From: Podarcis cretensis | Lineage: Eukaryota | DNA: 64,000 nt | Direction of reading: 5' to 3' | Assembly: GCA_951804945.1 (NCBI GenBank) | Contig: OX638160.1 | Span: 46,004,001 to 46,068,000 of the forward strand | Part shown: piece after piece, positions 24,098 to 36,053 of the stretch | Numbering within the stretch: the stretch's first letter is position 1 | Layout: the number at the start of each line of letters is the position of its first letter | Translations under genes and position numbers: made by a program | The notes under the pieces: model-generated | Seen by the model: only the letters and a program-made list of their open reading frames with translations | Databases searched by the model: none | What the model was told of the DNA's origin: nothing

Positions 24098-24776
24098 AAT
24101 GTGTGGCAGCTGCTACACTCGGAAGCTACAATCGGAGGCTAACAAGAGGGAAGGTGTCAGCATGAGGAAGAGACAGGCGTGGATCAGAGAGGCAATTTGT
24201 GCAAATTGCCTCTCCTTTCCAGGAAACTAAAACTTGGGACACAGACTTGTATCGGACACCAGAGTAGACCCATCAAAATGAATGAGCACGTAGAACTGTG
24301 ACCCATGACTCTGAATGGGTCTACCCTGAGTGGTATCTAATGGGAACCACGGCATGTTTCCAGAAAGAGGAATTTGAATGGGGGGAGAAAGAGAATGATT
24401 ATTTTTTATTAACTTATCTGCTATAAATGGCTTCTCAGCTCTTTCCAACCAGTAACACAAACATTAAAATACAGGGCACCCATAATGAAAACAGCACAAT
24501 AAAACAAGGACTCAAAGCCCCATTAACAATTGGCAGTTACCAAGAGAGATCAGTCCCCTCACCAGTTTCCCTGCTATTGATTTCCAGAATTTGCTGATGC
24601 GCAATCTGCTTTTCTTGCTTTTTCAAGCAACGGAGGATTTTTAAAATTTAAGCCTTTTGCGGGGAAGGGTCGCTTTTTACCAATTCTGTCCAAACCTGAC
24701 AAACCTGCTGATCCACAGCTCCTTAACTGCAAAGGTGGGTTGGGGTTCTGAGGCGACATCATAAATGGGTTCCGGA

Positions 24777-26641
24777 TGTGGGAATGTAGTGGGTAGTAGG
24801 AGAGGATATATTGATTCAATATTATCCTTCCTACTCACGCTAGTGAGCCATATAGTAGAACTCATTCCCCTTTACACAACAGGAAGCTAGTTGCAGATTT
24901 GAATCTCTTTAATTAAGCAATCTAATCTGTCTGATCCTGGTAAATCCCCTTTTCCCCCTTCTAATAAGAATAAAGACAAAGGATTCTCCCTTCTAAATAA
25001 TGAAAACTTTACTTACATTCAGTTCACAGTATGATCCCTGAAGGCAGGCTTTGGCTTGTAGTTACAGATACATAGAAAGGTGTGGATTCATCCCAGCAGT
25101 GTAGTTCAAGAGAAGCAAGTGGCTCCGAGAGGAGAAAGATGGCAAGTGAGTCCAAAAGAGAGAGATGGCTGTGTGACTGGACCTTTTGTTAGGCCTGCCA
25201 GGGTCACGCCCACCTACCTGGTCACATGCAGGTGGAGGATGCTCACTTCCGGGTCGGCGCCATCGCCGAATGGCGGACTCCCTCCGAGCTCCGGAGGGAG
25301 TCGGCTGGGTAGGGGTCGGGTCCTGCCGTGCCGGCGACGCGGGGACCCTCAAAAACCAGGGGCGGAGATGCCCATGGACTTGGTGACTCGGCGGGCACCG
25401 TTTGCGCCCCCCCGACCCGCGAAGGAGCCTTTTTAAAGGCTGCGGAGCGGGTGACGGGGGGGTGGGTGGTGCTGTGAGTCCAATGCTTCCCCTGCCCAGC
25501 GAAGCCGCATGCCATTCGGCGGAGAGCAACGACTTCTTCTTTGAAAATTTCGGATTTGGACTAAAAGGAACAACCCGTGAGTAAATTGATTGGACTTAAA
25601 AGGGAAATTTGATCTTTGAATTTGGAGCGAGCGGGGGGAGTGCAAAAAGGAAGTCCGCCCCCCCCCTGTTGTAGATGGCTCAATGCAAGGATTTGACAAC
25701 TAAGATCGAGAGATGAACTTGTTTACCTGAAAAAAAATTTAACTTCACGAAGGGAAATTACAATAATTGTGCTGGAGGAGAAGACTGATTTGTGGGAACT
25801 AAAGTGCAACCCCCCCGGGAACCGGGAACGATCCGCTATGAGAGACTGGTGAAGAGACACAGAAACTTTGACAGCTGTCAAAGTAGCTGTCAAAGCAGGA
25901 AAATAAAAGAGAACTTTGTTACGATGGCTTTGCTGGTTAGATTTGTTACAATTTGGACATAAATTATTGGAAATAAAGGCAACAAGTTATTTGACTTTTG
26001 GGTCTGATTTTGAAAGAAATTAAGTTACCATATTCCCTCTAGAGGGAGGCTGGGACATTGCAACAGTAGCAGCAAGTGGAAAAATACTATGAATTTGAGC
26101 AGGATCTGTTATCTCTTGGGAAAGCTGCAAAAACGAAGCATTATTTTGTCTACAGAGGTTTCTATACTAAAGGAGACAATGGATTTATCTATTGAAGAAA
26201 GGAAGGGACTTGACGCAAGTTATGTTCCTGAATAACAAAAGCCTCTGTGGAGAACAAGAAGTTTCTGAATTAGAAGGTTTCTGCAGCAGAACAGGAAAAA
26301 GCAACCTGAGGAATAAGAGCTGGACCAAATTTGAAGCTGGAGTATTTGGAACATCCAGACTTTAAAAGGACCAAGAAATAGAATTTAAGTTAGACTCTTA
26401 AACATAGAGGTCTGGATGGAAGAACAATGACTTTTTCTGAGAGTTTTTTCGAGATTGGACTTTCTGAAATTAAAAGCTATCAAAAGACGGCAAAGTGGAG
26501 TTGAGACACATGCAGGTGGAGGATGCTCCAGACAGGTGTAACAGGAAGTTCAACTGGCTGGATCAACATCCCCCTATCTTGTGTCCACTCTAGGGAAACA
26601 AGGAATGTTGTAATTGACTGCTACAAGGATTACATCCCACA
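24777..26641 (-). mobile_element. Putative LTR (about 580 bp net) split by a 1.26 kb insertion; possible internal sequence to ~23101
   Basis: Inverted TG..CA ends TGTGGGAATGTA and TACATCCCACA; AGTAAA poly(A)-like signal on minus near 25010. No PBS or TSD confirmed. Confidence 0.4.
25245..26506 (+). mobile_element. CpG-rich retroelement 5' region (probably L1-like 5'UTR plus decayed ORF1) without 3' tail
   Basis: Perfect 22-bp flanking direct repeat CACATGCAGGTGGAGGATGCTC (25223-25244 and 26507-26528); starts ACTTCCGG..CGCCATC; purine-rich body. Family assignment is inference. Confidence 0.75.
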
Positions 26642-26811
26642 TATTTTACTCTGTTATATACAGTTATATACACATTGCTTTTTATCTTTCATTTAAAATA
26701 TAGAATGATAATGATAATGATAATAATAATTGTGCTTAGCATAAATTGCATCTATTGTGCTTTACGTTTATGTGTGTTTCGTTAATTGGGATTTTTTTGG
26801 TTAAATTTCAG

Positions 26812-26867
26812 AAAACCATAGATTGGAGTCTTCATACCAGAATCACTTAGTTCTGAAGGTCCTGGTG
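26812..26867 (+). CDS. ANO10: ANO10 exon 7 (absent from ORF track)
   Basis: ENHRLESSYQNHLVLKVLV; CAG acceptor, GTATGT donor; 56 nt, phase 1-0, bridges exons 6 and 8 in frame. Confidence 0.96.
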
Positions 26868-26999
26868 GTATGTAGAGTCAGAAATACTTTCTTCTTATTT
26901 GGGAATAGCTCTTGTCAGGATCCATTGAAATGAGGAGTTTGATCTTTGGCTCCAAACCAGTATATATTTTTTAGAAATGTTTCAAGCAAAACACACTTT

Positions 27000-27266
27000 T
27001 TTTTTTATAGAATATTTATTAAGGTTTTTTAAAAATATTACAATGAAAATGAAAAAAGAAAATAACAAAAATACAAAATAAAAATAGTTAAAAACATACA
27101 GATTTTCCATTGCTAATTTTCCTTTAGCTTATTTCCCGGACCTCCTCATACCTCCCTTTTTTGTATTCCACTTCAAATTGTTGGTTCAGCAAATCCTTAC
27201 CATTAAGTTTTTACCTGTTTATAACCCTTTTTTCATATTATCTTAAAGCATTACAGCTGGAAACCG
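27000..27266 (-). mobile_element. Short L1 3'UTR insertion
   Basis: Poly(T) start, similarity to the 3'UTRs at 7940-8218 and 45424-45800, 17-bp TSD CAAGCAAAACACACTTT (26983-26999 and 27267-27283). Confidence 0.85.
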
Positions 27267-28478
27267 CAAGCAAAACACACTTTCATGTGTGCACGAATAA
27301 ACATAAACTCTTACTATTTCAGTGGCGTTTACATGGATTTAACAAAGGAAAATAATGTATCCTGTAAAGAAAGAATCAAAGTTCATTTGCAAAAATGGAG
27401 TTCTTGAAGGATTGTTCTGATCAGGGGTGTGAGCTAACAAAGCATTATTATGTGGATATTGCATAACAGTCTTGACTGTTAGTGGAAATCCCTGTGGTCT
27501 AGTTTAGGATAGTCGTGCGCTCATTCTGCACAAGCTTCATCAAAATGAATGGGGATTGTGTAGGACAAGACTGGGGAAATTGAAGATTGTATTTCTAAAC
27601 ACACACACTTCTCTTTCATACGTACACCCCTAGTCCACACGAATGCACCCCATACTCATGTACAACCCCCCCATCCTCTACACACAAATCCCACTTATGC
27701 ATCCACATATGTACACCTCCGTTCACATCCCACACAAACATGCCTACGTCCATAGACACAGAACCAGCTGCTAAGGACTGTGAATGGAGGAAAAGAGAGA
27801 GCCCTTTCTTGGCTTCCATGCTGCATGGTGAGACAGGGAAGATCGTTTCTCTCCAGGTAGCGTTGAGATGCATCAAGCCCCTTCTTTCCTCTTGCTCCAG
27901 AGCAGTGCGGAGTGGAGAAGACCGTAGGGACCGAAGATTAAACTCCTTCCCTACTGCCGTTGATTGGAGATTATACTCAGCGGTGGGAAAGGGAACATGT
28001 AACCCAGGGCAAATTTCAAGGGCCAGATTCAGAGGCTTGGCACACCAGAGGTCCCCTGGGTGTTAAGATGGGTATGTGGTAGATTAAATCTATGGTATCC
28101 TAAGATCTGTGGATTTTTGCTGTGTATGTGCCTAGTAGATCTGTGTTTTAAAAAACCAAAATCAGACATATTCGATATGAATGCTAAAAAACTGATAAGG
28201 AAAACTGATTAGCCAGATGTGTTCTTTTAGTGCATAATCTATGTTTGACTAAATTACCCAAGATTAATTGGCAACATAAGGTCTCTTGACCAGATCAATC
28301 CCATTTTCTCCTTGGGAAGTTTATTTTCTAAAATAACAATTGTAGAGGAATCACCGCAGGATGGCAGATGGTGGGGAGGGAAGAGGCCTTCCTGAGATTG
28401 TTATGTCACATGGTCCTTAGTTTTCACATCTTGAACTGATGATGGAATTGAATATATATTTATTTTTTTCTTTTGCAG

Positions 28479-28553
28479 TTCAACTTTTTAAATTGCTTTG
28501 CATCGTTATTCTACATTGCTTTTGTCATGTTTGATATGAAACTTTTGAGACAG
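28479..28553 (+). CDS. ANO10: ANO10 exon 8
   Basis: [25 protein letters not shown]; CAG acceptor, GTGAGT donor; 75 nt. Confidence 0.96.
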
Positions 28554-29214
28554 GTGAGTGATCTTACATTGTTTCAGTTATCTGATTATCTTAATATCTC
28601 CAATTTTTTTTTATTAATTTACATTAGACTGATTCAGATAATAATTTCAAGCTTGGAAATATCTTCCAGAATCTCTGCAGCTGATCATCTGTGATAGGTA
28701 GTCCTTAAGACTGAACTTAAGGCTACTGTGCTGTAATGTGAAATAATTGCTTCATGTTCTTCTTTGCTTTACTTGCCGTACATTGTAGTGACTTTTCTAC
28801 TCTTTTCAGTCTTGTAGTAGCATTTAGAGCTGCATCCTTTCTTCACACAAGTCTGAGATACTCTGGTACAAGTGGGTTGCAAATTATATTTTTGTGTGAT
28901 TTACTTTTAAGTCAAATTTCTGGGTCTGTCCTTTTTTTAGTAAACAGCTGACCATGAAATTGTTAACATAGTAAGGCTAGTGGGAATGAAAACTGCTACC
29001 AAAATGAGCTGCTTCAGTGATTGCTGCCATCCTTATTTTTTCAGATTCAGCCTAAAAATTTGCTTTGCTTCAGTTCAGTGTATTGTGGAATTCTTAGATC
29101 TGTAGTGCTTGTTACACAGGACATGCTCATTACTTAATTGAATGCAGATATAATACCCTTTTTAAGGACTGCTACAGTCTCGTTACATGTTTGCTTTGCT
29201 TAATTTTCTTAAAG

Positions 29215-29397
29215 AGCTTGGCAACTTTGCTAATAACTTCCCAAGTCCTTAATCAATGTGTAGAAGCTGTGCTGCCTTATTGGCTCCAAAAGAGGCGGAC
29301 CAAGAGTGTGAAGAAAAAGGTGAAAGCTTTGGATATAGATACTGACCTGACTTTGCTCGAGCAAGTTAATCTGGAAAAAGGGATGGATACCTATCCG
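29215..29397 (+). CDS. ANO10: ANO10 exon 9
   Basis: [25 protein letters not shown]...LEKGMDTYP; AAG acceptor, GTAAGT donor; 183 nt. Confidence 0.96.
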
Positions 29398-29721
29398 GTA
29401 AGTTGACTGTATCCTCTTCCGTGGTTCATTGCATCTGAAAAGTGAAAGCTTAAAAAAACAAAAATAAAACAAAATTGACTATTGCAAATATTTGAAACCT
29501 TAATGGAATTCACAGTAGAAATAAAAGCCCCCCCCCCCGAATAGTTAGAAAATAAACATTTTTGTGCTAGTTCAAGCCAGTGGTCTAAAATCATGCTTTA
29601 TGTTGAGTTCACACCCCCCCCCAATCTTTCCCCAGCAGGTAAATCCTAGTGCATGTGACATAGTGGTACCATCAGGACTTTAGGGTCCAGGGCCCCACTC
29701 AGCAGAAGGGCTGGCTTACCA

Positions 29722-29997
29722 TATCTATCTATCTATCTATCTATCTATCTACGGTCAAACCTTGGTTCCCAAACAGATCCGTTATCGCACGTCTCGGCTC
29801 CTGAAATCCGAAAACCCGGAAGTAACTGCTCTGGTTTTTGAACGATTTTCAGAAACTGAATGGCTTCCGGGGAGTTTTTTTTTTTTCTTTTTTCTCCATT
29901 GACTTTGCTGACCGCCCTTTGATCCTCGGTTGTCAAACGTTTTGGAAGTCAAACGGTTTTCCAGAATGGATTACGTTCGACAACTGAGGTTTGGCTG
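29722..29997. mobile_element. (ATCT)n microsatellite followed by a degenerate TA-type MITE
   Basis: GTCAAACCTTGGTT ... AACTGAGGTTTGGCTGTA; internal CCGGAAGTAA as in families B/C. Confidence 0.65.
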
Positions 29998-31376
29998 TAT
30001 CTGTCTTCTGATAAAACGCATACCACATCTTACTTCTTTTTGAAGTAAGTGAAGCAATCCACATCATATTCCAAAAAGGGAGCTCTCAGTAAGACCATTC
30101 TAAGCTCATCCCATTCACCCGGACCACCTGTTGCACTAGCTCTAAGAGTTTTTGATTTAGGTTTTCGTATAATAAGAATTGTCAAGAGGTTGGGGGTCTT
30201 GTACTCAGCCCTGTTCATCAACGTTGGTTCTGCCTGGAGCTCAGACTTCTGGGTAAAGAGGTGAGCTCATGAGGAAGCAGTTTTTCTTTCTGCTGGCTGC
30301 TAACACTCTCTTTAATTGCACCTGGGTGCTGGCTTCTCTGTACCAAGGCTTAAAGGCCAACGACGACGACTTCATTTAATTGGGAAGAATTTTGCAGTTG
30401 TGGAGTCACACATATAGCCTAGACTCAGCTCTGGAAAGTTTTGGCCTAGACATCTTCTGATTGGCTGGTTATTAAGTATTACCCACAGGCTGCGTGTGAT
30501 GCCTCACCTTTTCCCTTTGCTTCCCTGACTGTCCCCTGTGTTATAGGGCCATGGATTCATTGTTAATGTATCAGGCTAGATTAGCTCAGCCTTTTTGCCT
30601 GTTCTGTGATTTCCCAGATAGTCCTATATTCCTAATAGCATTTTCCTTTCTTATTTTTCCTATGCTATAAGCTGACTTCATTATATGCTGCTATTTTAAT
30701 TGTGATTAGAAAACATCTACGTCTTCATTCTAAACCATTGTCTGGACTCTTTTAGTCACATCTGTGACTGTATAATTTGGCTTCTTTTGCATGAGACCCC
30801 GAAAGCAGAGCGTGGTACTTCAGCTTTTGGTTCTTGGGATCTTAGGGATGTCTGGAATATCCTGACTCAGATTGGGCGGACAAACAACCTTGGGGGCAGC
30901 TGTTCTACCTAAAAGCAGTTTGTTTACTCCCTGTGTGTTGGCCACATTTGAAACACCAATAAACATTTACTTGGGCTTTGGGGCAGATTTCCTGACAATA
31001 ATTAGTAAGGTTTTATTTAGTAAATTTAGAGTTGGGGCAAAAGCACATACCAAGCACAGTTCTTTAAGAGAGGATGTAATTATTAAAACATCACCTTCAT
31101 TCTAACTGGTGATTTATGTTGGGCATGGAGCAGCACTGTACACCGTCTCTCATGTTCCACACAAGATGAATTAATTGATCTTCAAATGAATAGAAATGAA
31201 AACAGATAGTTGGTGTGTATACTCTGCTCACGTCAATCTTACACTCCCTGCTTTTTATTTTACACCCACACTCTCCACTTTAATATTTCTAATTGGGAAA
31301 ATACGTAGGTCTGCCAGGATCTGTAAAGCTGCTTCTAATCTTGTATTTATGGTTAAATTGTTCTCTTTTCTTGCAG

Positions 31377-31568
31377 GGCACTTTTGATGATTATTTGGAG
31401 TTGTTCTTGCAGTTTGGCTATGTGAGCCTTTTTTCATGCGTCTACCCTTTGGCAGCTGTTTTTGCAGTGCTCAACAACATCACAGAGATGTATTCTGATG
31501 CCTTAAAAATGTGCAGGATCTTTAAACGCCCGTTTTCAGAGCCTGCTGCGAATATTGGTGTATGGCAG
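31377..31568 (+). CDS. ANO10: ANO10 exon 10 (Ca2+-site helices)
   Basis: [46 protein letters not shown]...NIGVWQ; CAG acceptor, GTAATC donor; 192 nt. Confidence 0.97.
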
Positions 31569-31696
31569 GTAATCCATTCAGATGCATAATGTTTGAATAA
31601 CTTCGTCATTTCTTTATTTGTTTCTCTATTTGTCATTGGAATACATGAGAAGTTAGTCATTTTCCCTCTCTTTTAAGGGTATAAAAGTGGGATATA

Positions 31697-31861
31697 CCAT
31701 ATTTTTACATCTATAAGATGCCCCCATGTATGATGCCCCCTATTTTGGGGGACTCAGATTTAAGAAAATGGGGGGAAATGGCCCAGAGTACAAGACGCCC
31801 CCTAATTTTTGACATTATTTTTTAGGGAAAATAACCTAGTCTTATATACGGAAAAATACGG
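31697..31861. mobile_element. TA-flanked MITE with CCGTATTT-type TIRs
   Basis: TA|CCATATTTTT..TATAAGA ... TCTTATATACGGAAAAATACGG|TA. Confidence 0.78.
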
Positions 31862-32322
31862 TAAGTCTATAAAGTATCCCATGAGTTTACAGTAAACTGA
31901 GAATTCAGTTAAAAAGCAAGCATAGCTACAAAATGACAGAGACAAGAAATAGACGTGTGGGGATTTAGCTGTCAGTGTATTTAGCTACAGTGTCTTAATA
32001 CTTCTATAGTTCTTAAAAGAAGTATCTTTTTCCTTGCAGATAAGGCAGATTTACATGTTTCTTTTATAGGCTACAGGGCATTCAATTTAGGGTAGAGGTG
32101 GGGAACCTGCGACCCTCCAAACGTGGTTGGCCACAACTCAGAGAATCATAGAATGTGATTTTAAGCCATCTTTAGACTGTTTGGCCAGACTATTATCCCC
32201 AAACTTTGGATTATTGGCACTTTTGAATGTAACAAAGAGGAATGTCAGGGCTATTCAGGAGCCTGAGAAAAGAAAACATATTTTTGTTAACGGAATTCTG
32301 GTTCTTTTTCTTTTTGTTTCAG

Positions 32323-32451
32323 TTGGCTTTTCAAACTATGACTGTCATATCAGTGGTTACCAATTGTGTCCTTATTGGCATGTCACCTCAAGTAAATGGA
32401 CTTTTCCCAGAATCTAAAATCGAGCTTATCCTAATTGTAGTGTTGGCAGAG
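32323..32451 (+). CDS. ANO10: ANO10 exon 11; followed by a >31 kb intron running off the window
   Basis: [43 protein letters not shown]; CAG acceptor, GTAAGT donor; 129 nt. Confidence 0.96.
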
Positions 32452-32993
32452 GTAAGTTGACAATTTAATTATTTGCTTATGGTCTGTAAGCAGTGCTGTT
32501 TTTTTTCCAGAAAAAGAGGTGCAGGAACTCCCACTTCTTTTTTAATGAGCAACCCTAAGGTGGCGGAATACAGTTCCCTGTCCATAAGAGTTTGTAAACT
32601 GTGCATTTTCTTGACTGATACATCCACCAGCTTGCTAGCTAGAGAATCTTTCATATCAGTGATTTTCAAGCTTTGCTATCTCTTAGGGAACCTTTTATAC
32701 ATGGATAGGTCTATTATGAGATACCAGCAAGTTGCAGAGGGGGCACACACAAAGGAGCTAGCTGCATTCTACTGGGGCAGATCCATGCACTGGAAAGCGG
32801 TTTTTGCAAAACAGTTGTCTTGACCAATTGTTGTGGCCAGACGTATTCTAGCTTTGGAGTCCAGCTGAAAGCAAAGTAGTTCTCGGGATGGGAAGCAGCA
32901 GGTGGGATGAAAAGTCCAGAACTTGCGTCCTGCTTCAAGTTGCCCAGCTTTCCTGCCACTTTGTGGTATTTTGAGATAACCTACCTGCAGAAA

Positions 32994-33345
32994 AGGGACT
33001 TGGGTGGCGCTGTGGGTTAAACCACAGAGCCTAGGGCTTGCTGATCAGAAGGTCGGCGGTTCGAATCCCCGCGACGGGGTGAGCTCTCGTTGCTCAGTTC
33101 CTGCTCCTGCCAACCTAGCAGTTCGAAAGCACATCAAAGTGCAAGTAGATAAATAGGTACCGCTCCGGCGGGAAGGTAAACGGCATTTCTGTGCGCTGCT
33201 CTGGTTCACCAGAAGCGGCTTAGTCCTGCTGGCCACATAACCCGGAAGCTGTACGCCGGCTCCCTCGGCCAATAAAGCGAGATGAGCGCCGCAACCCCAG
33301 AGTCGGCCACGACTGGACCTAATGGTCAGGGGTCCCTTTACCTTT
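32994..33345 (+). mobile_element. Sauria SINE, full length
   Basis: Close match to 9140-9490; 12-bp TSD TACCTGCAGAAA (32982-32993 and 33346-33357). Confidence 0.92.
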
Positions 33346-33450
33346 TACCTGCAGAAATGCCATCATACGTGATCAGATTTTCACAGCTTAATGTGAGGTG
33401 TGAACAAGGCCTGTGAGATGAGATGATTCTCAAGACTTCCTTCCAAAATA

Positions 33451-33676
33451 CAGTGGTACCTCGGGTTACATACGCTTCAGGTTACAGACTCCGCTAACCC
33501 AGAAATAGTACCTTGGGTTAAGAACTTGCCTCAGGATGAGAACAGAAATCGTGATCCGGCGGTGCGGCGGCAGTGGGAGGCCCCATTAGCTAAAGTGGTG
33601 CTTCAGGTTAAGAACAGTTGCAGGTTAAGAACGGACCTCCAGAATGAATTAAGTACTTAAACCTGAGGTACCACTG
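33451..33676 (+). mobile_element. MITE family A (orientation 1)
   Basis: TA|CAGTGGTACCTC ... GAGGTACCACTG|TA; same orientation as 11608-11822. Confidence 0.9.
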
Positions 33677-35460
33677 TACTTCCTGTCAATTAGTCTGCGC
33701 TGTTTTCAATTGTTTCTTAATCAATGTTCATTACTAAATTCTGTAAAATAATATTTTAAAGAATAAATTGCTTTTGCTTTGAAATTATTTTGCTTTGGAG
33801 GCAAAATAAACATTTTGGCATCACACTGCCGCAAGAGAGACTTATGGAAACAGTAATTTAAGAAAAATTAAAAGGGAAATTTGTGGGGTGCTTGGATGTA
33901 TGAAAAGGCTTTGGCATCATAGTGAGGAAAGGGGAAGCAGTTATAGACACACACATATTGTGGAATCTTTTGAGCGTCACCAATAAACTTTTCATCAAGT
34001 CATCACAGCAGGAGAGGGGGCCTGTGGGAGTAGTCAATTATTGTAAAGAAAGGCTATTTTAAAATAATATCTTTTAAAGCCAAGTTTTGAGGGGGGCCAC
34101 AAAAAACCCTTGATGTACCAGATACAATCCATAGGCTGGATTTGTTATAAGTATCTTAGAAAATTTGCAGCAATAGTTACCAGCAGCTTGAAGGCAACAA
34201 ATTAGCTGGCTGAGATATCTACAACCCTCTTATCTCTGGAGTAGAGGATTTCTGGGTTTCCCATAGCATTTTTGGCTACACAAAAATGCAGACATCTGGT
34301 AAAACTCTAACTGACTTGCTTCATTCTCTTAAAGAAGTTTGAAAACCCAGAATCATTTGAGAACTAATGCGTAAAGCTGCTCATTGGCTATTTTATTCAG
34401 ATATTTGTATTTGTTTTCAGAACCAAATAAGTAAAACGCATCTCTGCTTGCATGCTAAGCTCACAGATGGTAAAGTGCAGCTTATGAAAATCAAGCAGTG
34501 ACTTGGTTCAGTGGTACATACATGTGAAAAAGAATTATCAGGCATAATTAATTCAAAATGCTTCAGGAGGTTAATCAAAGTCCATGGTGGTTTACATTAA
34601 CACATATTTTCTACTAAGGAGTTTATTTAAGGCTCTAATAGCACATTTTCACACAATATGAAACACAAAATCTCTCTGTATGTTTGCCTCCATGCTGGAC
34701 AAGAATTAGAAATTTTGAGTTCACACTTTTGGTCTATAAAACCCCCATCTTTGGCTATGATAATTTCTTTGCAGTCCAACTGAAAACTTTCTAAATAGCA
34801 CCTGAACACTATAAATAGTCCTTGGCACTGTTCACATACAGAACAGTTTGGTAATATGCTGTCGGCTTGCATGCTCCCTCCTTCTCTGCTAATTCTTTCC
34901 GAATTCCCGATTAGGGGGAAATCACAGCTTTTTTCTGGTTTGGGTATAGCTTCAAATTATGATTAGCTGTATATCTGGACACCAGGGAGGGAAATCGGAA
35001 CAATGAAGGTGAGCATGGAGTGCATGAGCCAACAGATTACTCATGTCTTGTCAAACCAGTAGTTTGACATTATATGATAACCAGCTCACTGTTTTATATC
35101 TGAATTTTCAATGAAGATTATTACACTGGAGCAACAGAAAAGGTATTGGTTCATAAGTCAGCAAATCTGAAATAAGACATGTTTAGATTTGAAACAGCTA
35201 AGACAAATTACCTGGGGTTTGTTTGGAAAGTGAAGTTCTGCAAATTGATATACGCTGAAGGGAAAACAGATGGAGTTTAGTTGTAAGCATGTTGTGGCTG
35301 GTTGGTTTGGGTTTCTTTCTCTCTGAACTTAGTATAATTGGAAATGATTAAAATTAGTTAACAGCACACACACACCATTTATTTATCTTTGGATCTTACA
35401 GACTATAACAAGAGGATTTTGCAGTATTTTATGCTTTGTATTCATTCAGAGTTTTGTACA

Positions 35461-35476
35461 CTGCCATCTTGTGGTG
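35461..35476 (-). promoter_or_regulatory. Candidate CTCF site
   Basis: Minus strand CACCACAAGATGGCAG, close to consensus CCASYAGRKGGCRS. Motif match only. Confidence 0.4.
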
Positions 35477-35541
35477 AATTAATACAATTAATGGAAAGTA
35501 TTTGCCTTGTAGTATGATCTCTTTAAAAATAATGCATTAAG

Positions 35542-36053
35542 CAGCATTTCCCAACCTTTTTCTGACCGTGGCCCCCTTCCGACCTTGTTTCCTTCCCCCT
35601 GGGCATAGCCGGGGGTGGGCAGCTGCCCCACCAAATAAGTAAATCTAAACAAAAAACAATACAAATCTGAGGTTCTGCCCCCCTAACAAAAGCCTGCCCC
35701 CCCAACAAAAATCCTGGCTATGCCCATGTCCCCCCACCCTGTTCTACTTGTAGAAAAGGTAACTATTTTTATAATTTATACACAATACAGTTGCATAAAA
35801 TGATAGGAACATAATGAAATATTGTTGAAGCTGAAAAATATAGAAACATAGAATCACAGAGCTGGAAGGAAGGGTCATAGTCTAGTGCAGCCCCCTGCAA
35901 CGTAGGGGCATCCATGACAGATGGCCATCTAACCTCTTCTTAGAAACCTCCAAGGAAGAAGAGTCCAGAACGTCCCTAGGAAGATGCGTCTTCCATGTAT
36001 TATAAAAAGTAAACAGCACTTATTTGACCCCAGTTAGTTGACACAGAGGGGAA
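35542..36053 (+). repeat. Composite repeat, copy 2
   Basis: Co-linear with 3784-4252, ending AAAGTAAACAGCACTTATTTGACCCCAGTTAGTTGACACAGAG. Confidence 0.75.

Noticed and set aside
30180-30867. Possible second solo LTR (TGTCAAG...CCTGACT)
   Set aside because: 3' end is not CA and flanks (AGAAT vs CAGAT) do not form a TSD; cannot support it without a repeat search.
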